Virus record (IMG/VR): IMGVR_UViG_3300002097_000869
Span: 1 to 64,000 of that record
Reading direction: 5' to 3' (one strand)
DNA length: 64,000 nucleotides
Source: an uncultured virus (IMG/VR IMGVR_UViG_3300002097_000869)
Lineage: Duplodnaviria > Heunggongvirae > Uroviricota > Caudoviricetes
Every line of letters begins with the position of its first letter. Position 1 is the first letter of the stretch. Positions 59,176-64,000 of this stretch are shown piece after piece. The position numbers were made by a program, and so were the translations under genes. The notes under the pieces were generated by a model. The model searched no databases. It was not told the DNA's origin and saw nothing but the letters and a program-made list of their open reading frames with translations.

Positions 59176-60216
59176 ATGAGAATTAAATTTTGTAATCCTA
59201 TAACTCCGGATTTAAAATTAGTTAATTCCTACCTAAAAGAAAGCTTTACTTCTGGGTATTTATCTAATTTTGGTCCTGCCTATACTGAATTGTGTAGGAA
59301 GTTTAAAGAAAATGTATTTAATCTAGGCCCAGATAGGGAAATATTATTGACATCTTCCGGTCACACTGCTCTTATGGCTGCTTATGCCGCTTTAGGGGTA
59401 AAAAGGCTATTGGTGCCGTCTTTTACATTTGAGGCTACTAGAGCGGCTGCTACTTTGCAGGGTATAGGTACCATAATAAAGGATGTTGATCCTATGTCGG
59501 GATGTTTTACCGTTGATATTATAAAATCTGTGGACCCCTCCACATATGATGCTATAGTGGTTGTTTGTGCTTTATCAACAATACCAGATTTGGATAGTAT
59601 ACAACGATATTGTAGGTCGATGGGAAAACGTATGATTATTGATGCCGCCCCAGCTTTTGGTACTAAGAATATTTATTATTATGGGGATGCTTTTTGCTTG
59701 TCTTTTCATGCTACGAAAACATTGCCGGCCGGGGAGGGTGGAGCGGTTATACTTAAATCAGATTACTACGATAAGGCTAGAAGTTTTATAAATTTTGGTT
59801 TCGATGACAAAAAAAATGTTTCTATGGTGGGCATGAATGCAAAGATTAGTGAGTATTCGTGTGCTGTTTTGCTGGCTCTTATTGAAAAAGTCAGGTTTGT
59901 TGTGGACAAGAGGCTAGAGAATTTACAGGTTTATCGTTCTTTTATTGACCATTTAATACCTCCTACTTGGGTTTATAACACTGTGTACCAAAGTCTACCA
60001 ATTTTTTTAGATAGCTCAGAAAAAGTTGGTCCTATAAGGAAAAGGTTGTCGGAGGTTGGAGTAGACACCCTACAATATTACTCCCCACTAGACCCTGGTT
60101 CTCCTGTTTCTGCTTCCCTTTATAGCAGAAATATAAATATTCCTATACACCAAGGTGTAAGTATAGAGGATATAGGTTTTATTTGTTCTGTAATTTTAGA
60201 TGGGGGTTTAGAATGA
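59176..60216 (+). CDS. DegT/DnrJ/EryC1/StrS PLP-dependent sugar aminotransferase (VioA-like)
   Basis: SNFGP; SSGHTAL; PSFTFEAT; IIDAAPAFG; LSFHATKTLPAGEGGA; GMNAKISE; NIPIH. Confidence 0.9.
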   Translation: MRIKFCNPITPDLKLVNSYLKESFTSGYLSNFGPAYTELCRKFKENVFNLGPDREILLTSSGHTALMAAYAALGVKRLLVPSFTFEATRAAATLQGIGTIIKDVDPMSGCFTVDIIKSVDPSTYDAIVVVCALSTIPDLDSIQRYCRSMGKRMIIDAAPAFGTKNIYYYGDAFCLSFHATKTLPAGEGGAVILKSDYYDKARSFINFGFDDKKNVSMVGMNAKISEYSCAVLLALIEKVRFVVDKRLENLQVYRSFIDHLIPPTWVYNTVYQSLPIFLDSSEKVGPIRKRLSEVGVDTLQYYSPLDPGSPVSASLYSRNINIPIHQGVSIEDIGFICSVILDGGLE

Positions 60217-61472
60217 AGGACCTGCTAATTTTTGTTCCGTTAGATACTTTTGCGAAGGCACAATATGAGTTTCTTCCATTAGGTCCATTATATTTGTCTT
60301 CGTATTTAAGTAGGGCAGGATTTGAAGTAGATGTTGTTCATGGCTTAGTTTCAGATATAAAGCCAGGGTATAAATACTACGGGCTTTCTGCGTCTACTGC
60401 TCAGTATATAATGATAAAAGAAGCTCTTTCTTATATTAGGGAAATACAGTTGGGGGCGGTTGTTGTGGCAGGGGGGCCCCATTTTAATGCAGGGCAGTGT
60501 GTAGAGGAGGCTCGTGGTGACGGATGGGACCATATAGTGGTCGGTGATGGTGAGGTGGCCTTGTTAGATATTATGTCTAATAAGGTTTCTAGGACTGACC
60601 TTGTAATATATGGCACCCCTATTTTAAACGTTGACGAGGTTCCTTTCCCCGACTACGATAAATTAGACATACATAAGTATAATTTTCCTTTAAAAGATGG
60701 ATTAAAATGTGTAAATATTATAACTTCTAGAGGATGCCCCTTTAAGTGTGCTTTTTGTAGCACTTCCAATAAGAAGCTAAGGCAAAGGTCAGCAGATAAC
60801 GTTTTGGAAGAGGTAGACCTATTAATAAATAAGTATGGTTTTGATAGTCTTATGTTTGTTGATGACACAATGTCGATAAACTCTAAAAGATACTACTCAA
60901 TACTGTCTGGTTTGGAGGAGTTTGACTTAAAATGGCGTTCTTATGCTAGAACTACTACTATAACCTATGAAGGCCTAGAAAGAATGAAGAGGTCTGGGTG
61001 TATAGAGGCAGGACCTGGCATAGAATCCGGAAATCAGGATATTTTGGATATGATAGGAAAAGGGACAAACGTTGAGTCAAATATTGCCTGGTGTAGGCGG
61101 TGTGAGGAAACAGGTATAACCTGTACACCCTCAATCATAATAGGTTTACCAAATGAGTCTTATAGTACTATTAATGATGCACTAGTTTTTATGGAGAGGG
61201 CTAAGACTAGTGCCTTTGCATATAATATGCTTATGCCTTTTCCTGACTCTCCTATTTTACAAAATTATGATTACTGGAAAGATTATGTAACGGTATACCC
61301 TTATACGTGGGAAGATTGTGTTACTAAATCTAAGAAAATAACCAAGTGTTTTATTTCTACCCCGTACCTGACAAGGGAACAGATATTGGAAGAGTACTAT
61401 AAAAATTATGGTCGTTTTGCTGAAATCACAGGGTTTGACCCTAGAAAAAGGGGCACTAGAAAAGATGATTAG
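60213..61472 (+). CDS. B12-binding radical SAM enzyme (class B methyltransferase-like)
   Basis: PLGPLYLSSYL; VAGGPH; GDGE; TSRGCPFKCAFC (CxxxCxxC); FVDD; GIESGNQDILDMIGKG. ATGA overlap with the upstream stop supports start 60213. Confidence 0.88.
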   Translation: MKDLLIFVPLDTFAKAQYEFLPLGPLYLSSYLSRAGFEVDVVHGLVSDIKPGYKYYGLSASTAQYIMIKEALSYIREIQLGAVVVAGGPHFNAGQCVEEARGDGWDHIVVGDGEVALLDIMSNKVSRTDLVIYGTPILNVDEVPFPDYDKLDIHKYNFPLKDGLKCVNIITSRGCPFKCAFCSTSNKKLRQRSADNVLEEVDLLINKYGFDSLMFVDDTMSINSKRYYSILSGLEEFDLKWRSYARTTTITYEGLERMKRSGCIEAGPGIESGNQDILDMIGKGTNVESNIAWCRRCEETGITCTPSIIIGLPNESYSTINDALVFMERAKTSAFAYNMLMPFPDSPILQNYDYWKDYVTVYPYTWEDCVTKSKKITKCFISTPYLTREQILEEYYKNYGRFAEITGFDPRKRGTRKDD

Positions 61473-62076
61473 AACATATACACAGGATTGGTTTGATAGG
61501 TGTATACCTTCTTGGACAAAATATCTTGATAAATATAAGGGAAAGGAAAACCTTAGGTTTCTAGAAGTTGGAAGTTATGAGGGGCGTTCCACTTGTTGGT
61601 TGTTGGACAATATTCTTACACATTTATCATCTAAAATAAAGTGTTTTGATTTGTTTGAGGGTTGTTCTTCTCAGGGGGAGTGGTCTAAAGAACTCTACGA
61701 TAGGTATAATATGAGTGAGGTTTTCAGGAACTTCATTAGTAATGTTTCTTCTTATGGTGACCGTGTTGAATATAGGGTAGGGGTTTCTCAAGAACTCTTA
61801 CGTGAACTAGGGCATTCTCCCTTGTTTGATTTTATATATATAGATGGTTCCCATATAGCTTGTGACGTTCTTGAAGATTCCGTTCTTGCTTTTAGGCTTC
61901 TTAAGCCCAACGGTATAATGATATTGGATGACTATACCTGGGAATTTTTTGAGGAACCTTTACGCCATCCTAAAATGGGAATAGATGCTTTTCTTACTAT
62001 TTTTCATGGTCAATTTGATGTGTTGTTAAAAGACAGACAGGTTATATTAAGAAAGACAGGAATAAAAGAAGAGTAA
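61465..62076 (+). CDS. Class I SAM-dependent methyltransferase (Methyltransf_24-like)
   Basis: FLEVGSYEGRST; FDFIYIDGSH; LLKPNGIMILDDY.W; PKMGIDAFL. Confidence 0.85.
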   Translation: MIRTYTQDWFDRCIPSWTKYLDKYKGKENLRFLEVGSYEGRSTCWLLDNILTHLSSKIKCFDLFEGCSSQGEWSKELYDRYNMSEVFRNFISNVSSYGDRVEYRVGVSQELLRELGHSPLFDFIYIDGSHIACDVLEDSVLAFRLLKPNGIMILDDYTWEFFEEPLRHPKMGIDAFLTIFHGQFDVLLKDRQVILRKTGIKEE

Positions 62077-62315
62077 GCAACCCCACGCCTAAGGGCGGGG
62101 GCTTTCGAGTCCTTGCTTACTAGGGAACAATTCCAAAAAAGGAGTCGTTAATCGTTGAGTAGAAGAAATACATACACACCTACGGATGCTCCTCAAGTTC
62201 GTAGCAACTGTGACGCTGAATTAAAAACCCCTAGGGGTAGGGGTGGTGTTCAGCGTTTAAAAACTCTACCCAACCGTCCCGATGAGGATCTAATCTTAGC
62301 TTCGGCTAAGAGACA
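62053..62315 (+). ncRNA. IscB omegaRNA: 5' flank-derived guide (about 62053-62072) plus structured scaffold from 62073
   Basis: Directly upstream of iscB. GTAAGCAA...TTGCTTAC closing stem; CTACGGA...TTCGTAG; ACGCTGAA...TTCAGCGT; TCTTAGC-TTCG-GCTAAGA hairpin; CCTC/GAGG possible pseudoknot pairing. Confidence 0.75.
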
Positions 62316-63569
62316 GAACTTGCGAGTCTCTGTCTATGTCTTAAACCAGCGAAGTCAGCCATTGATGCCAACAACACCAAGAAAAGCTGAGAAGCTATTG
62401 AAGGAGGGAAAGGCTATAGTTGTTAAGCGAGCGCCTTTCACTATTCAGTTGACCTATTCTACGGGAGAGAACAAACAGCCCATCAGGCTAGGGGTAGATA
62501 GTGGTTTCGTACACGTAGGATTATCAGCAGTTTCAAAGAAACAAGAACTTTACTCTGCCGAGGTTCAACTACGAATCGATATAGTGAATTTATTATCGGA
62601 ACGTAGGTCTTATAGGAGAAATCGTAGAAATAGAAAGACTCGCTATCGTCAAGCTCGTTTCCTTAATCGAGGTATAAAAAAAGGCTGGCGGGCTCCTTCT
62701 ATTCAGCACAAATTGGATAGCCATATTAGGTTGGTAAACAAGGTTAAGCAAATCTTACCCATTACTGAGGTGGTGGTAGAGGTAGCCTCGTTTGATATTC
62801 AGAAGATAAAGAACCCAGAGATAAGTGGTAAACAGTATCAAGAGGGGGAACAAAAGGACTTTTGGAACACCAGAGAATACATCCTTCATAGAGATGACCA
62901 TAAGTGCTGCCATTGTAAGGGTAAATCAAAGGACCCCATTCTTAGTGTTCACCATTTGGAATCTAGGAAGACTGGTGGTGATAAACCAGCTAATTTGATA
63001 ACGCTGTGTAAGACGTGCCACGATGATTACCATGGTGGAAAAATTGAATTGAAAGCGAAACCTTCCAAAGGGTTCAAAGCTGAAGTTTTTATGACAATGG
63101 TACGATGGCGCTTAGTAGAACAGTTGCAATGTAGGTACATCTATGGCTATGTCACCAAACAAGCTAGGGTATTGTTAGGCTTGCCTAAGAGCCATATCAA
63201 CGACGCATTTGTAATCGTGAGTTCAGGGGCGTGTCCTAGAAGCCAAACCTACTTTATTAAGCAGGTTAGAAAGCAAAATCGTAAGCTCTTTAAGGGACTA
63301 CATAGTGGAATAAGAAACACAGCAACTCGTTATATCCAAGGTTTTCAACGGTATGATAAAGTACTATGGAAGGGACAGGAGTGTTTTGTGTTTGGTAGAC
63401 GAACCACGGGTTACTTTGACCTGAGATTATTAGACGGCACCAAAGTCCATACTTCAGCTAAGGCTAAGGACTGTGTTAGACTAGAAAGCGGTAAAACGTT
63501 ACTAACCCAAATAAGGAGCAGCGCTTCCTCCCCATGGTTAAAACCAAGGGTTTCCGCGCTGGAGATTCA
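62073..63569 (-). mobile_element. Non-autonomous IS200/IS605-family IscB element (ends read on the - strand; target TCAT, = ATGA on +)
   Basis: On the - strand: target TCAT | LE TGAATCTCCAGCGCG-GAAA (+16..+19)-hairpin CCCTTGGTT-TT-AACCATGGG; RE AAAG-CCCCCGCCCTTAGGCGTGGGG-TTGC-TTAC. The guide/cleavage pairs GAAA/TCAT and AAAG/TTAC follow the IS608 pairing rule. Confidence 0.85.
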
Positions 63570-63573
63570 ATGA
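62320..63573 (+). CDS. iscB: RNA-guided endonuclease IscB (PLMP, split RuvC, Arg-rich bridge helix, HNH); start TTG 62320 or in-frame TTG 62155
   Basis: VYVLNQRSQPLMPT; LGVDSG (RuvC-I); RRSYRRNRRNRKTRYRQARFLNR; VVVEVASFD (RuvC-II); CCHC...VHHL...NLITLCKTCHDDYH (HNH); KSHINDA (RuvC-III). Confidence 0.95.
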   Translation: MRVSVYVLNQRSQPLMPTTPRKAEKLLKEGKAIVVKRAPFTIQLTYSTGENKQPIRLGVDSGFVHVGLSAVSKKQELYSAEVQLRIDIVNLLSERRSYRRNRRNRKTRYRQARFLNRGIKKGWRAPSIQHKLDSHIRLVNKVKQILPITEVVVEVASFDIQKIKNPEISGKQYQEGEQKDFWNTREYILHRDDHKCCHCKGKSKDPILSVHHLESRKTGGDKPANLITLCKTCHDDYHGGKIELKAKPSKGFKAEVFMTMVRWRLVEQLQCRYIYGYVTKQARVLLGLPKSHINDAFVIVSSGACPRSQTYFIKQVRKQNRKLFKGLHSGIRNTATRYIQGFQRYDKVLWKGQECFVFGRRTTGYFDLRLLDGTKVHTSAKAKDCVRLESGKTLLTQIRSSASSPWLKPRVSALEIQ

Positions 63574-64000
63574 CTGCTTTAGCTATAGTAGGAGCAGGGG
63601 GCCATGGTAGAGAGGTTTTATTATATTCTCAAGGGGTGCATGATTATAAATTTGAGGACGTATTTTTTCTTGACGATAATGAGAAACTAATAGGTTCTTA
63701 TGTTTGTGATGCTTTGGTATTAGGTACAATAGAGGGGACCGTTGAAAGGCTGGATCCAGAAGATACCCTTTTTGTATGTGCCGTGGGTTCCCCTTATTTA
63801 CGTATGGCCTTTGTTAACAGAGTACTCGCTGTGTGGGGCGACAGGGCTAAGTTCGCAAACATAGTGCATAGTAGTATTTTTTTATCGAAGTTTGTAAGTT
63901 TGGGTGTCGGGAGTATGGTTTGTCCTGGTACCTTAGTGACTACCAATGTAAAGATAGGTAACCATGTGAGTGTAAATTTGAATTGCACTCTAAGTCACGA
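63570..64000 (+). CDS. NeuD/PglD/VioB-family sugar N/O-acetyltransferase, 3'-truncated by the window edge (not in the ORF track)
   Basis: My translation: MTALAIVGAGGHGREV...FFLDD...VCAVGSPYLR...FANIVHSS...LGVGSMVCPGTLVTTNVKIGNHVSVNLNCTLSH (hexapeptide repeats). Confidence 0.88.
   Translation, partial: MTALAIVGAGGHGREVLLYSQGVHDYKFEDVFFLDDNEKLIGSYVCDALVLGTIEGTVERLDPEDTLFVCAVGSPYLRMAFVNRVLAVWGDRAKFANIVHSSIFLSKFVSLGVGSMVCPGTLVTTNVKIGNHVSVNLNCTLSH

Noticed and set aside
2679..63988. Numerous short minus-strand and nested ORFs in the track (e.g. 39575-40183, 43437-44018, 63794-63988)
   Set aside because: They lie antisense to or within well-supported + strand genes and show no recognisable motifs; treated as shadow ORFs.
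1..64000. Alternative genetic code (TAG or TGA reassignment, as in some large phages)
   Set aside because: Code 11 gives near-complete coding density, and TAG/TGA stops abut or overlap the next start. The apparent internal stops are explained by a duplication, an insertion junction and a homopolymer.
1..64000. tRNA or rRNA genes
   Set aside because: Intergenic gaps are few and short, and none shows a cloverleaf or rRNA-like sequence by eye.

Overview
All substantial genes lie on the + strand. The window reads as part of a large (jumbo-type) bacteriophage genome; this is an inference, since no capsid, portal or terminase gene is visible. There are three blocks. (1) 1-40.3 kb: very large Ser/Gly/Tyr-rich, mutually paralogous putative virion/adsorption proteins (Big-1 Ig, LamG/ConA, Kelch, discoidin and 5-bladed propeller modules), interrupted by a multi-zinc-finger PD-(D/E)XK nuclease. 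One giant gene there is split by a 14-bp tandem duplication. (2) 40.3-52 kb: a bacterial-type replication/recombination operon (dnaN, recA, dnaB, dnaG, ssb, dnaJ, ruvC, Cas4-like exonuclease, an Hfq/Sm-like protein, two GIY-YIG homing endonucleases) behind a near-consensus sigma70 promoter. (3) 52-64 kb: a glycan synthesis/modification cluster (2 GT4, 2 GT2, 3 methyltransferases, sulfotransferase, DegT aminotransferase, B12 radical SAM, NeuD/PglD acetyltransferase) invaded by two TnpA-less IS200/IS605 OMEGA elements. A TnpB with a rearranged RuvC-II splits the sulfotransferase. An IscB element sits exactly in an ATGA stop/start overlap and leaves both host proteins unchanged. A dispersed T-tract/CpG-core/A-tract motif followed by a local compositional switch recurs across the window. 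All protein calls come from motif recognition, not database searches.
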